A DNA stretch of 32,000 bases from Blochmannia endosymbiont of Camponotus nipponensis (GTDB lineage Bacteria > Pseudomonadota > Gammaproteobacteria > Enterobacterales > Enterobacteriaceae), in NCBI RefSeq assembly GCF_009827135.1, contig NZ_CP046534.1, forward strand, positions 210,001 to 242,000. Reading direction: 5' to 3'. The position numbers and the translations under genes were made by a program. The notes under the pieces are model-generated. The model was not told the origin of the DNA and searched no databases. It saw nothing but the letters and a program-made list of their open reading frames with translations. Below, in pieces: positions 9,770 through 20,301 of the stretch. Positions within the stretch are counted from its first letter, which is position 1. Each line of letters starts with the position of its first letter.

Positions 9770-10387
9770 ATGTCTTATATTATTGCGCTCACCGGCGGCA
9801 TTTGTTCTGGAAAAAGTGTTATTGCCAAAAAATTCGCTAATTTATCAAAAAAAATATCTGTAGTAGACGCAGATATAATTTCTAGAAAAGTGACACAACC
9901 CGGAACTATTGCTTTACATACAATAGTTAAATACTTTGGATCCTGCATACTATTCCCTAATGGATCATTAAATCGATCCATGCTAAGAAAGATAATTTTT
10001 TCCAATCCTAAAGATAAAGAATGGCTTGAAAAATTATTACATCCAATTATCAGAATAGAAACACAAAAAACAATAAACACACTATCTAATCAGTCATCAT
10101 ATATTTTATGGGTTACTCCTTTATTAATAGAAAATAACTTACAAAAACATGCAAACCATATATTAGTGATAGATGCACACATTGATATCCAATTAACTCG
10201 AATTATCAATAGAGACAAAATCAGTAAACAGTATGCTAAAAAAATTTTGTTATCACAAGTATCCCGTCAAAATAGATTTGACTTTGCTGATGACGTTATT
10301 GAAAATAACAAAAATCTCGATGAAATTACGCAATATATTTCTGCATTACATCAATATTACCTTAAGATAAAAACTAATAATAGCTAA
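9770..10387 (+). CDS. coaE: Dephospho-CoA kinase
   Basis: 205-aa ORF, collinear with E. coli CoaE. Motifs: P-loop ALTGGICSGKS, DADIISR, LLHPII, PLLIEN. Confidence 0.92.
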   Translation: MSYIIALTGGICSGKSVIAKKFANLSKKISVVDADIISRKVTQPGTIALHTIVKYFGSCILFPNGSLNRSMLRKIIFSNPKDKEWLEKLLHPIIRIETQKTINTLSNQSSYILWVTPLLIENNLQKHANHILVIDAHIDIQLTRIINRDKISKQYAKKILLSQVSRQNRFDFADDVIENNKNLDEITQYISALHQYYLKIKTNNS

Positions 10388-10827
10388 ACATACTATTCTC
10401 ATAAAATAAATAAAACTGATAACAATATACCTGTGCATTATATGATTCTAAATTTAGTTACTACTATAACAACACAGTAATTTATATAAATTATTTTATC
10501 CCATCTTTAGTTTTATCAACATTCTGATCACATTATAATAAAAATTTTTATTTTTATTAAAAATTAAAACTAATACCAAACCCAACAGAATTATTCTTTC
10601 ATCAAAAAAGACAACGAAAACCACTATCATTAAATGATATCATGTAATCTAATACAATCACAACATATTCAATATAAAACAAATTTTTATTAAAACTTAC
10701 ATTTGACAATACTCATTATTCACGGACTAACAATCAAACATGATATTTTAAACAAAAATTATAAACCGTATCACTTATATATCACCAATTAAAATTGGTA
10801 TCATATATTTAATATGCATTAAGGGCA

Positions 10828-13554
10828 TTAATATGCAATTTTACCATGACATTCTTTAAATTTTTTATTAGATCCACAAGGACAGGAATCATTACGACCT
10901 ACTATTTTATTCTCAGTTAATGTATATTTATGTAAAAAATAATCTATTGATAATAACTTTTTATCAATTGCTCGTGCATCTATAGATTGGATATCATTAC
11001 ACTCATTATTTTTATCTAAAAAAGATTCTTTTTTACGCAATAATTCTACTGCTAATTTACTAATTTCACTTATTACTTCATATTTTAAATGGTCTAACAT
11101 TTTAGTAAACATAGCAAATGATTCTCTTTTATATTCCTGCTTAGGATCTTTTTGTGCATACCCTCTTAAATGAATTCCTTGACGCAAATAATCCATTGAT
11201 GCTAAGTGCTCTTTCCATAATACATCGAACGTCTTTAACATAATTCCTTTTTCAAAAGAACACATAATATTCACTCCGATTATTTTTTTTGTATATTCAT
11301 ACTGTTGCACCATATTATCTAATACACGCTGACGTAATATTTCTTTTTCTTCATATAACTTAGGATCTGATTTTATCCACTTTACAAGAGATAATTCCAA
11401 ACAAAAATCATTTTTCAAACATTTTTCTAACTTTAAAAGATCTCTTTTATCTTCTATAATCTGCAGAGGTATATAAATATCAAACAACTTATCAACCACG
11501 TCGCAACGAATATTGCCTATAACATCACTAATATCTGACATATTTAACAACTTATCGCGTTGCGCATAAATAACACAACGCTGATCATTAGCTACATCAT
11601 CATATTCTAATAACTGCTTTCTAATATCAAAATTACGGTTTTCCACTTTTTTTTGAGCATGAGCAATAGCTTTAGTAATCCATGGATGTTCAATTGATTC
11701 TCCTGATTTCATGCCTAATTTTTTCATCATGTTTACTAATCTATTAGAAGCAAAAATACGTATTAATGAATCTTCCATTGATAAATAAAATCTAGATGAA
11801 CCTACATCTCCTTGTCGGCCAGATCGACCACGCAATTGATTGTCAATACGACGAGATTCATGCCGCTCAGTACCAATAACATGTAACCCTCCAGATTTTA
11901 ACACTGTATCATGACGCTTTTTCCAATCAGATTTAATTTTTAAAATTTTACATGCACTTGTTGTTTTACTCAAAGCAGCAATATCTGCACGCCAATTTCC
12001 TCCTAACATAATATCAGTGCCACGACCAGCCATATTTGTAGCAATAGTTACCGCACCAGGATATCCTGCTTGTGCTATAATATCTGCTTCTACTGCATGA
12101 AATTTAGCATTTAAAACTTTATGAATAATTCCAATCTGACTTAAAGCACGAGAAATAATCTCAGATTTATCAATTGATATTGTTCCTACCAGAACTGGCT
12201 GACCACGTTTCACGCAATCTTTAATGTCACTAATAATAGCACCAATTTTTTCCTGTTCCGTCATGTAAATCACATCCGGAAAATCATTACGAATCATGGG
12301 ACAATTAGTCGGTATAACGATAGTATTTAATTTATAGATAGATTGAAATTCAAACGCCTCAGTATTAGCTGTACCCGTCATACCAGACAATTTTTTATAT
12401 AAACGGAAATAATTTTGAAATGTAATTGAAGCTAATGTTTGATTTTCATTGTGAATTGTTACATGTTCTTTAGCTTCTATTGCTTGATGCAACCCATCTG
12501 ACCATCGACGACCAGGCATAACACGTCCTGTATGCTCATCAATAATAAGTATTTCCCCATTTTTAACAAGATAGTCCACTTCACATGCAAATAAAATATG
12601 CGCACGAAGTGCTGCATTAACATGATGCATTAATATAATATTGTCTGATGAATATAAGGATTCACCTTGACTCATAATTCCAGATTTAATTAATAGTTGT
12701 TCTATTAACACTAACCCATTTTCAGTTAGTACCACTTGTCTAGATTTTTCATCAACTGTAAAATATTCTTCTCGTTTCAAATTATTCATACTGTTGATAT
12801 TTTGTTGAATTATACTAGCTACTAATTCATTAATTTTTAAATATAACAAAGAAGTATCATCTGATAGCCCAGAAATAACCAATGGAGTACGAGCTTCATC
12901 GATTAAAATTGAATCTACCTCATCCACTAATGCATAATACAATCCTCGTTGTACTCGCTCTTCTGGAACAAAAACCATATTATCGCGTAAATAATCAAAA
13001 CCATATTCATTGTTTGTTCCATAGGTAATATCCGCTGCGTATGCAGCACGTTTCATAGCCGCTGACAGTCCCGGTAAATTAATGCCAACAGTTAACCCTA
13101 AAAATTCAAATAAAGGTCTATTATTTATCGCGTCTCTATGTGCTAAATAATTATTAACTGTAACAATATGTACTCCCTGACCATTTAATGCATTCAGATA
13201 AGCAGGTAAAGTAGCAGTTAACGTTTTTCCTTCTCCAGTTTTCATTTCTGCAATACAACGATTGTTAAGAACTATTCCTCCCAATAATTGGACATCAAAA
13301 AGACGTATATTAAATATCCTCTTAATAGCTTCACGCACCACAGCAAATGCTTGTGGTAATAGCTCTTCAAGATTGGCTCCTGATTGAATAGATATACGAA
13401 ACTCATTAGTTTTAGAAGAAAGCTGACTATTATTCAGCTGCTCTATATCTTTTTCCATATGATTTATAATATCCACCACTTTTTTCATACGATGCAACAC
13501 ACGCTCGTTTCTATTTCTAAAAATTTTAGTAAACAATTTAAATGGTGTTATCAT
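10828..13554 (-). CDS. secA: Preprotein translocase ATPase SecA
   Basis: 908-aa ORF. Motifs: Walker [14 protein letters not shown]-like [32 protein letters not shown]-terminal zinc site [14 protein letters not shown]. Confidence 0.98.
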   Translation of the reverse strand: MITPFKLFTKIFRNRNERVLHRMKKVVDIINHMEKDIEQLNNSQLSSKTNEFRISIQSGANLEELLPQAFAVVREAIKRIFNIRLFDVQLLGGIVLNNRCIAEMKTGEGKTLTATLPAYLNALNGQGVHIVTVNNYLAHRDAINNRPLFEFLGLTVGINLPGLSAAMKRAAYAADITYGTNNEYGFDYLRDNMVFVPEERVQRGLYYALVDEVDSILIDEARTPLVISGLSDDTSLLYLKINELVASIIQQNINSMNNLKREEYFTVDEKSRQVVLTENGLVLIEQLLIKSGIMSQGESLYSSDNIILMHHVNAALRAHILFACEVDYLVKNGEILIIDEHTGRVMPGRRWSDGLHQAIEAKEHVTIHNENQTLASITFQNYFRLYKKLSGMTGTANTEAFEFQSIYKLNTIVIPTNCPMIRNDFPDVIYMTEQEKIGAIISDIKDCVKRGQPVLVGTISIDKSEIISRALSQIGIIHKVLNAKFHAVEADIIAQAGYPGAVTIATNMAGRGTDIMLGGNWRADIAALSKTTSACKILKIKSDWKKRHDTVLKSGGLHVIGTERHESRRIDNQLRGRSGRQGDVGSSRFYLSMEDSLIRIFASNRLVNMMKKLGMKSGESIEHPWITKAIAHAQKKVENRNFDIRKQLLEYDDVANDQRCVIYAQRDKLLNMSDISDVIGNIRCDVVDKLFDIYIPLQIIEDKRDLLKLEKCLKNDFCLELSLVKWIKSDPKLYEEKEILRQRVLDNMVQQYEYTKKIIGVNIMCSFEKGIMLKTFDVLWKEHLASMDYLRQGIHLRGYAQKDPKQEYKRESFAMFTKMLDHLKYEVISEISKLAVELLRKKESFLDKNNECNDIQSIDARAIDKKLLSIDYFLHKYTLTENKIVGRNDSCPCGSNKKFKECHGKIAY

Positions 13555-13810
13555 AACAATTCATATCTCATTATAATAATAATATATTATTTAAAAAATG
13601 CGATCATCGTATATATCCCTACATATAATACATGCAATCATATATGTACTAAGATAACGTTAATAATAATAATTAAAAATTAATATCGTTTCACAATTTA
13701 ATAAAATAAATACTAACAAGTTAAATAACACTCATTATATATATTTATACTTCGATATATAATGAAATATTTATTAAACAATCGTTAATATTATCAAGTT
13801 ACAATACCTT

Positions 13811-13861
13811 TAAAAAAATTTAAAAATTTTGAAAGTAGTAACCAGTTACTACTTTCAAAAT
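13811..13861 (-). terminator. Long hairpin plus T-tract: candidate intrinsic terminator of the dcw/lpxC transcript
   Basis: Arms 13826-13842 and 13845-13861 are complementary over 17 bp with a 2-nt centre (checked pairwise). On the minus strand the stem is followed by TTTTAAATTTTTTTA. It lies about 475 nt downstream of the lpxC stop and about 270 nt upstream of the secA start. Confidence 0.55.
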
Positions 13862-14204
13862 GACGCGCAGCGCATACACACACGAAGAATATATATTCAT
13901 TTAATGATATCAAAAGTATTTTTTTAAATATAAATAAAAGAACAACACATCTACAACCTTAATTCAACTAATCACATAATAAGTATTACATATATACAAA
14001 ATTTCCATAACCACAATAATATAGATTTACTCAATCATCAAACAATTCAAATAATATACAAAAATGATACGCTTGAATGTTATATGTGTCTTACTAATAC
14101 CTATAAAATAAGATGCGATACTTATTTATCACCAACATATCTAAATATGTATCATTCCTTTCAATTAAAAATTATAAGAAAGATATATAAACTACAATAT
14201 CATT

Positions 14205-14228
14205 TATATATATATATATATATATATA
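14205..14228. repeat. (TA)12 dinucleotide microsatellite
   Basis: 24 nt of uninterrupted TA repeats, read directly, 107 nt downstream of the lpxC stop. Confidence 0.95.
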
Positions 14229-14334
14229 AACTTTTTACATCAATAATAATAATATTGCATTAGTAAATGTATAAAATTAGATACTAAAATCTATATGATA
14301 TACTATGTTACATACTCAAATAAACGATAATATT

Positions 14335-15234
14335 TTAAAATACTACAGGTAAATCAGATGCATTAGAAAAAGTAGCGATTTCCCATGCTTCCTGACAGGA
14401 TAAAACAGTTTTTAATAATTTATTATTTAAAGTATGTCCAGATTTAAAAGCAATAAAAGAACCAATAAGGTTATGCCCACACATAAATAAATCACCAATA
14501 GCATCAAGCATTTTATGACGGACAAATTCATCATCAAAACGCAAACCATCCTCATTAAGTACGCGATAATCATCAATGATGATCGCGGAATTAAAACTTC
14601 CTCCTAACGCAAACCCACGAGATTGTAAATCTTTTACATCACGCATAAAACCAAAAGTACGTGCACGACTAATATTATGCACAAAAGATGCTGAAGAAAA
14701 ATTAAAAAAATAATGTTGTGTATTAACATTAATAGCTGGATGATTAAAATCAATAGTAAAATCAACTGTAAACCCATCAAATGGTCTCAACTCAGCCCAT
14801 TTTTCTCCATCTTCAACGCGTACAGTTTGTTTCAATCGAAGAAATTTTTTTGCACTATTAAGTTCTTCTATACCAGCATCTAATAATAAATATACAAATG
14901 GACTAGCGCTACCATCCATTATAGGCACTTCAGGAGCATTAAGTTCTATAATAATATTATCAATACCCAATCCTGCCTGAGCGGCACTTAAATGTTCAAC
15001 AGTAAAAATCTGAGCACCACCGTATTCATTATTAATCAAACATGTGCATAACACAGTACTTCCTACTGATTTAACGTTAACCTGAAAATCTACAGGGGGA
15101 TGTAAATCAGTACGACGATAAACGATCCCAGTATTTGCAGAAGTAGGACGCAAAGTTAACGTAACTTTTTTACCAGTATGTAAACCTACACCAGTAGTTT
15201 GTACAACGCGCTTTAATGTTCGTTGCTTTATCAT
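14335..15234 (-). CDS. lpxC: UDP-3-O-acyl-N-acetylglucosamine deacetylase
   Basis: 299-aa ORF, about 75 percent identical by eye to E. coli LpxC ([32 protein letters not shown]). The C-terminus is about 8 aa shorter than in E. coli. Confidence 0.97.
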   Translation of the reverse strand: MIKQRTLKRVVQTTGVGLHTGKKVTLTLRPTSANTGIVYRRTDLHPPVDFQVNVKSVGSTVLCTCLINNEYGGAQIFTVEHLSAAQAGLGIDNIIIELNAPEVPIMDGSASPFVYLLLDAGIEELNSAKKFLRLKQTVRVEDGEKWAELRPFDGFTVDFTIDFNHPAINVNTQHYFFNFSSASFVHNISRARTFGFMRDVKDLQSRGFALGGSFNSAIIIDDYRVLNEDGLRFDDEFVRHKMLDAIGDLFMCGHNLIGSFIAFKSGHTLNNKLLKTVLSCQEAWEIATFSNASDLPVVF

Positions 15235-15332
15235 TATATCATCTCATACAAAACCATTCGTGTTATTCATTTTATTGGTAAATTACATATATTACATTCT
15301 GCAATAAATTACCCACTTAAATTATTTTCAAT

Positions 15333-16496
15333 TTAATCTGATTGCTTCCTCAAAAAAGCAGGAATATCTAAATAATCTATATCTTTATCAAGAGTTGTAT
15401 TTTGATGATCTACCTTGGTGGGTGGTGTATGTCTTGATTCCTTAAAAAAAGTAGATACTCTTTGGGGAGAATGATGATAATGATTATCTCTCATTATCTT
15501 TTTTTCTTCTTTAGTATTAGATACAACAACATCCGAACGTTTATCAATACCTATTCCTGTTGCTACTACAGTAACACGTAACTCATTATTTATATCTGGA
15601 TCTAAAGCGGTTCCAATAACTACTGTTGCATTATCAGAAGCAAAAGAACGTATAGTATTTCCTACAGTTTCAAATTCATCCAATCGTAAATCTAAACCAG
15701 AAGTAATATTCACTAAAACACCACGAGCACCGGATAAATCAATATCTTCTAATAAAGGACTAGCAATCGCTAATTCCGATGCTTCTTCTGCTCTATCGTC
15801 ACCACATCCTATTCCAGATCCCATCATAGCATATCCCATTTCCGACATCACTGTACGTACATCTGCAAAATCTACATTCATTAAGCCCGGTCGAGTAATT
15901 AATTCAGCAATACCTTGTACTGCACCTTTTAACACATCATTAGCAGCACTGAAAGCATCTAATAATGATACACCACGTCCTAAAACTTTTAATAATTTAT
16001 CGTTTGGAATTGTTATTAATGAATCTACATATTTAGACAATTCAGAAATTCCTTGTTCAGCAAAAGTCATGCGTTTTTTTCCTTCAAAATTAAAAGGCTT
16101 AGTGACTACAGCTACAGTCAAAATTCCTAAATCTTTGGCCACTTCCGCTATTATCGGAGCAGCACCGGTTCCAGTGCCTCCACCCATTCCTACGGCAATA
16201 AATACCATATCTGCACCTTCTATAGTAGCTTTTAATACGTCACGATCTTCTTCTGCGGCGTTACGACCAATTTCCGGATTCGCACCCGCTCCCAGCCCTT
16301 TAGTAACAGCACTACCAATTTGAATAGTTTGACCTACCGTCATTTTTCTTAAAGCTTGAGCGTCAGTATTAACAGCAAAAAAATCTACACCTTCAATATG
16401 TTCACGCAACATATGCTCAACCGCATTACTGCCACCCCCACCAATACCAACCACTTTGATTACTGCATCACTAGTTAACTCCATTGGTTCAAACAT
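15333..16496 (-). CDS. ftsZ: Cell division GTPase FtsZ
   Basis: The ORF track starts at 16508 (MEKIM...). E. coli FtsZ starts MFEPMELT, which corresponds to the ATG at 16496, preceded by GGAG with a 6-nt spacer. Motifs: GGGTGTGAAP and the C-terminal peptide DYLDIPAFLRKQSD. Confidence 0.97.
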   Translation of the reverse strand: MFEPMELTSDAVIKVVGIGGGGSNAVEHMLREHIEGVDFFAVNTDAQALRKMTVGQTIQIGSAVTKGLGAGANPEIGRNAAEEDRDVLKATIEGADMVFIAVGMGGGTGTGAAPIIAEVAKDLGILTVAVVTKPFNFEGKKRMTFAEQGISELSKYVDSLITIPNDKLLKVLGRGVSLLDAFSAANDVLKGAVQGIAELITRPGLMNVDFADVRTVMSEMGYAMMGSGIGCGDDRAEEASELAIASPLLEDIDLSGARGVLVNITSGLDLRLDEFETVGNTIRSFASDNATVVIGTALDPDINNELRVTVVATGIGIDKRSDVVVSNTKEEKKIMRDNHYHHSPQRVSTFFKESRHTPPTKVDHQNTTLDKDIDYLDIPAFLRKQSD

Positions 16497-16575
16497 TATT
16501 TTCTCCATGTTCCTTAATTGTTTAAAAAATTATTTTTTAAACGGATTAAACATATTTTTATACCTATGAAATATT

Positions 16576-17832
16576 TTAAAATTCTTTTTTTAACCAATTG
16601 TTCACTTTTTTTATCCAACCTTTGATTGTTATCCCTTTTTCTATATCTATGTCATTGTTCAAATGAGATTCTTTCCCATAATGTAATAATCCAATAACAG
16701 TAGAATATTGTGGCTTTTTTATATCAGCCATTATCCCGTTTGTATTTATAGAAGACGCAATACGCACTTGTGTATGAAATACTTTTTGTGCACAAGTCGA
16801 TAATCCATCTATAAGAGAGGCTCCCCCGGTCAACACAATACCTGCTGCAAGATGATGCTTGATATTCAATTGATGAAGTCGCGACTGTAGTTGTAATATT
16901 TCTTCATTGACCAACATCATTAACTCAATGTATCGAGGTTCGATAATTTCTGCCAACATATGACGTTGTAAAATACGAGGGGGTCTCCCTCCGACGCTTG
17001 GAACTTCTATATTTTCTCCTGTACTAATTAGGGATGCTAAAGCACAACCATAACGTACCTTAATTATTTCTGCATCTGATAATGGCGTTCCAAAGGCATA
17101 AGCAATATCACTAGTGACTACATTTCCAGCATACGGAATAACCTTGGTGTAACGTAAAGCCCCAGCAGTATATATTGCTATATCCATCGTACCACCACCA
17201 AGATCTACAACACAGACACCCAAATCACGTTCATCTTCTGTTAAAACAGCGTAACTTGAAGCTAATCCAGAAAATATTAATTGATCTACCTGCAATCCAC
17301 ATCGTTCTACCGCTTTAACAATATTCTTAGCCATATCATTATGACAAGTAATTAAATGCACTTTAGCTTGCATTCTAACCCCAGATAACCCCACTGGATT
17401 TTTTATACCTTCTTGATAATCAATAGCATAATCTTGTGGAATAACATGCAATATGCGATGTTCATCACGCACTCTAACTGATTTAGCTATATGTACTACA
17501 TTATCTACATCTGATTGCGTCACCTCTTCTTCTGAAATAGGTACCATACCTATTTCATTTTTACAACTAATATGTTTTCCAGACAGAGAAAGGTAAACGG
17601 AAGCGATTTGACAGCCTGCCATTAATTCTGCTTGATTAACGGAATATTGTACGCATTTTATTACTGACTCCAAATTATTTACTCCACCTTTATCCATACC
17701 CCGTGACGAACAATGTCCTAATCCAATGATATTTACTATTCCATCAGGCAAAACTTCACCTACCATCGTAGCAACTTTGGATGTTCCAATTTCTAATCCC
17801 ACTAGTAATTTTTTATCTGAACCTTTAATCAT
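16576..17832 (-). CDS. ftsA: Cell division protein FtsA
   Basis: The ORF-track start at 17880 is a TTG that adds 16 non-homologous residues. The ATG at 17832 gives MIKGSDKKLLVGLEIGTSKV, matching the E. coli FtsA N-terminus. The protein is collinear to the C-terminal WLKKEF. Confidence 0.96.
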   Translation of the reverse strand: MIKGSDKKLLVGLEIGTSKVATMVGEVLPDGIVNIIGLGHCSSRGMDKGGVNNLESVIKCVQYSVNQAELMAGCQIASVYLSLSGKHISCKNEIGMVPISEEEVTQSDVDNVVHIAKSVRVRDEHRILHVIPQDYAIDYQEGIKNPVGLSGVRMQAKVHLITCHNDMAKNIVKAVERCGLQVDQLIFSGLASSYAVLTEDERDLGVCVVDLGGGTMDIAIYTAGALRYTKVIPYAGNVVTSDIAYAFGTPLSDAEIIKVRYGCALASLISTGENIEVPSVGGRPPRILQRHMLAEIIEPRYIELMMLVNEEILQLQSRLHQLNIKHHLAAGIVLTGGASLIDGLSTCAQKVFHTQVRIASSINTNGIMADIKKPQYSTVIGLLHYGKESHLNNDIDIEKGITIKGWIKKVNNWLKKEF

Positions 17833-17857
17833 GCTTATGATGGCCTTTATTAATTTT

Positions 17858-18643
17858 TTATTTATTACAAAGCACAGCAACGATTGAGTTAGAGATCCAT
17901 CTTACAGCAAACCCTGAACGATAACGTAAATCTATATACTCAATACATTTATTATTATCATTAATTGTATGAAGAAGAATAGGATAAATTTTAATAAAAT
18001 AATATAATCGTTCGATTATATTATTTCTACCTAATTTTAGATGAACATTATTTTGAAAAACCAGTTGCCATGAATAACGCCTATCCATTTTTACCGATTT
18101 TATTGGAAAGTTAATAGATTTTAATATCTCATTAAATACATAATAATTCGCTAATACAATATGTTCACTGCCTTCTGGCCCATATAAAGATGGCATTAAT
18201 TTTGTGTTATTATCTTGGTATTCTTTAGGTATGCTAAATATAATTCCAGTAGTACTCATCGTTTGTAAATCATTCCAATACGCTAAAGGTATATACTCTA
18301 CTATATTAATTTTTAACGTATCCGGCCATTGTTTTCTAACACTAACTTGCTGAATCCATGGTAAACATTCAATTTTTTTTTGAATAACATTAACGTCCTG
18401 TGTTATAAATGTTCCTAATACACCTAATTCTACTATCAGCTTATTAATATCAGCTTTAGTAGTGTAATGACGCTCTCCAGTGAGTATCATATAAGACATA
18501 GGAAAACAACAAAATTTACAAACCCAGTCTCTTATTGTAAGAACACTCCAAACAACACCAATTACAACAACTAATATTAACATCCAATCTAATATTTGAT
18601 GATAGAATGTATATCCTGATTTTAACATATGTCTAACAATCAC
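17858..18643 (-). CDS. ftsQ: Cell division protein FtsQ
   Basis: 261-aa ORF, collinear with E. coli FtsQ (LTGERHYT, QQVSVRKQWPDTLKI, LYGPEGSE, IDLRYRSGFAV). The track start at 18643 is GTG and the first ATG is at 18628, so the true start is uncertain. Confidence 0.9.
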   Translation of the reverse strand: MIVRHMLKSGYTFYHQILDWMLILVVVIGVVWSVLTIRDWVCKFCCFPMSYMILTGERHYTTKADINKLIVELGVLGTFITQDVNVIQKKIECLPWIQQVSVRKQWPDTLKINIVEYIPLAYWNDLQTMSTTGIIFSIPKEYQDNNTKLMPSLYGPEGSEHIVLANYYVFNEILKSINFPIKSVKMDRRYSWQLVFQNNVHLKLGRNNIIERLYYFIKIYPILLHTINDNNKCIEYIDLRYRSGFAVRWISNSIVAVLCNK

Positions 18644-18786
18644 GTGATTACGACCGCGTATTCGACTCTAATCGAAATATATTAGTAACCCACTCCTTGT
18701 TGCATATTTTTATTTTCACAAAAACTCATTATTATACTACCATATTTATATTTTTATTACTTTGTATAACTAAAAATTATTATTAT

Positions 18787-20232
18787 TTATATATAGTCAT
18801 TATTTCTAATGATCAATTTACGCACCACCTCTCCTATTGTACCAGCGCCTTGAATTAACAGCAAATCGTTATTTCTTAAGAATCGTGTTAAAGTTCCTGA
18901 TAGTATTTGCATATCCGATATAAATATTGGGTTAATCTTACCATATTCACGAATCGCACAACATAAAGATTGACTATCTGCACCTAAAATAAATGTTTCA
19001 CCAGCGGAATAAACATCTAATATTAAAAGAATATCAACATTAGACAGTACATTAACAAAACCATGATACAACTCTTTTATACGTGTATACCGATGAGGTT
19101 GAAATACCATTATTAACCGTCTATCAGGCCATCCGGTGCGGATTGTTTCAATAGTAACATCTAACTCAGCAGGATGATGCCCGTAATCATCTATTAACAT
19201 AATTTTTCCTAATTGACCATTTATTTTACTTAAAGAATAATGACCTAAATTTTCAAAACGGCGATGTGTTCCCTGAAAATCTAACATAGCTTTAAGAATG
19301 CTTTTATCACTAATTCCTTCCTCAGTCGCAACAGCAATAGCAGCTGCAGCATTGAGTGCATTGTGATAACCAGGAGCATTTAAATTTACTTGTAGTTTTT
19401 TTTTATTTGATCGTAACACAGTAAAACTACTTTTTTCTATATATTGATGGTAATTAACAATATGTAGATCAGCACTTTTATTAAAACCATAAGTGATGAT
19501 TTTTCTGTTAATTTTAGGTAGAATCTCACAAATTATTGGATCGTCAATACACACCACAGCATAACCATAAAAGGGTATATTATGTAAAAAACTAATAAAC
19601 GCTTTTTTAAGGCCCTTAAAACCTCCTTGATACGCATTTATATGATCAGTATCAATATTGGTAATTACTTCTACTATAGGATGCAAATGCAAAAATGAAC
19701 CATCACTTTCATCTACTTCTGCAATTAAATAACTACTATGTCCAAGACGAGCGTGCACACCTTCTGATTTTAACATACCTCCGTTTATAAACGTTGGATC
19801 TAGCCCTGCCTCAATATAAATATTAGCTATCATTGTTGTAGTAGTAGTTTTCCCATGAGTTCCAGAAATAGCTATTCCATATCTAAATCTCATTAATTCA
19901 AATAACATTTCTGCACGTTTAACCACAGGGACCCGAGCTTGTTTAGCAGCTAATATTTCAGGATTACTTGCAGTAATAGCGCTAGATACGACAACAACGT
20001 TGGATTTATCTATGTTGCTAGATTTATGACCAAAATAAATTTTCACTCCCAAAGCAAGTAAGTGGCGTGTCATATTATTATCTACAATGTCAGAACCAGT
20101 AATACAATAACCTTCATATAATAATATCTCTGCAATACCGCACATACCAGCGCCACCTATACCAACAAAATGTATTTGGCTGATATTACTCATCATTAAC
20201 GCATTATCTTTCGTTTTAGACAAACAGAACAT
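18787..20232 (-). CDS. murC: UDP-N-acetylmuramate--L-alanine ligase
   Basis: 481-aa ORF. Motifs: [48 protein letters not shown]. Collinear with E. coli MurC. Confidence 0.95.
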   Translation of the reverse strand: MFCLSKTKDNALMMSNISQIHFVGIGGAGMCGIAEILLYEGYCITGSDIVDNNMTRHLLALGVKIYFGHKSSNIDKSNVVVVSSAITASNPEILAAKQARVPVVKRAEMLFELMRFRYGIAISGTHGKTTTTTMIANIYIEAGLDPTFINGGMLKSEGVHARLGHSSYLIAEVDESDGSFLHLHPIVEVITNIDTDHINAYQGGFKGLKKAFISFLHNIPFYGYAVVCIDDPIICEILPKINRKIITYGFNKSADLHIVNYHQYIEKSSFTVLRSNKKKLQVNLNAPGYHNALNAAAAIAVATEEGISDKSILKAMLDFQGTHRRFENLGHYSLSKINGQLGKIMLIDDYGHHPAELDVTIETIRTGWPDRRLIMVFQPHRYTRIKELYHGFVNVLSNVDILLILDVYSAGETFILGADSQSLCCAIREYGKINPIFISDMQILSGTLTRFLRNNDLLLIQGAGTIGEVVRKLIIRNNDYI

Positions 20233-20301
20233 TTGATATATTTATTCAAAATACTTTCAATATTCTTATATATACACTAAAAACTATATTATTACATATA
20301 T

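Noticed and set aside
9788-9811. Cys in the CoaE P-loop (GGICSGKS against E. coli GGIGSGKS)
   Set aside because: It still satisfies the GxxxxGK[ST] Walker A consensus and is probably a neutral substitution.
9775-10080. 101-aa ORF antisense to coaE
   Set aside because: It lies fully inside coaE on the other strand and I recognise no homology.
13591-13641. 16-codon minus-strand ORF (MIACIICRDIYDDRIF*) just upstream of secA, as a possible secM remnant
   Set aside because: It has no resemblance to the SecM arrest motif (…GIRAGP), and short ORFs of this size are expected by chance.
13384-13683. 99-aa plus-strand ORF spanning the secA start and upstream spacer
   Set aside because: It is antisense to the secA 5' end and then runs through AT-rich spacer. 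The protein is an I/Y/N/K-rich, low-complexity product of the base composition.
16069-16323. 84-aa ORF antisense to the ftsZ GTP-binding core
   Set aside because: It is an artefact of the G+C-rich Gly/Ala codons of ftsZ, which read as Pro/Ala-rich on the opposite strand.
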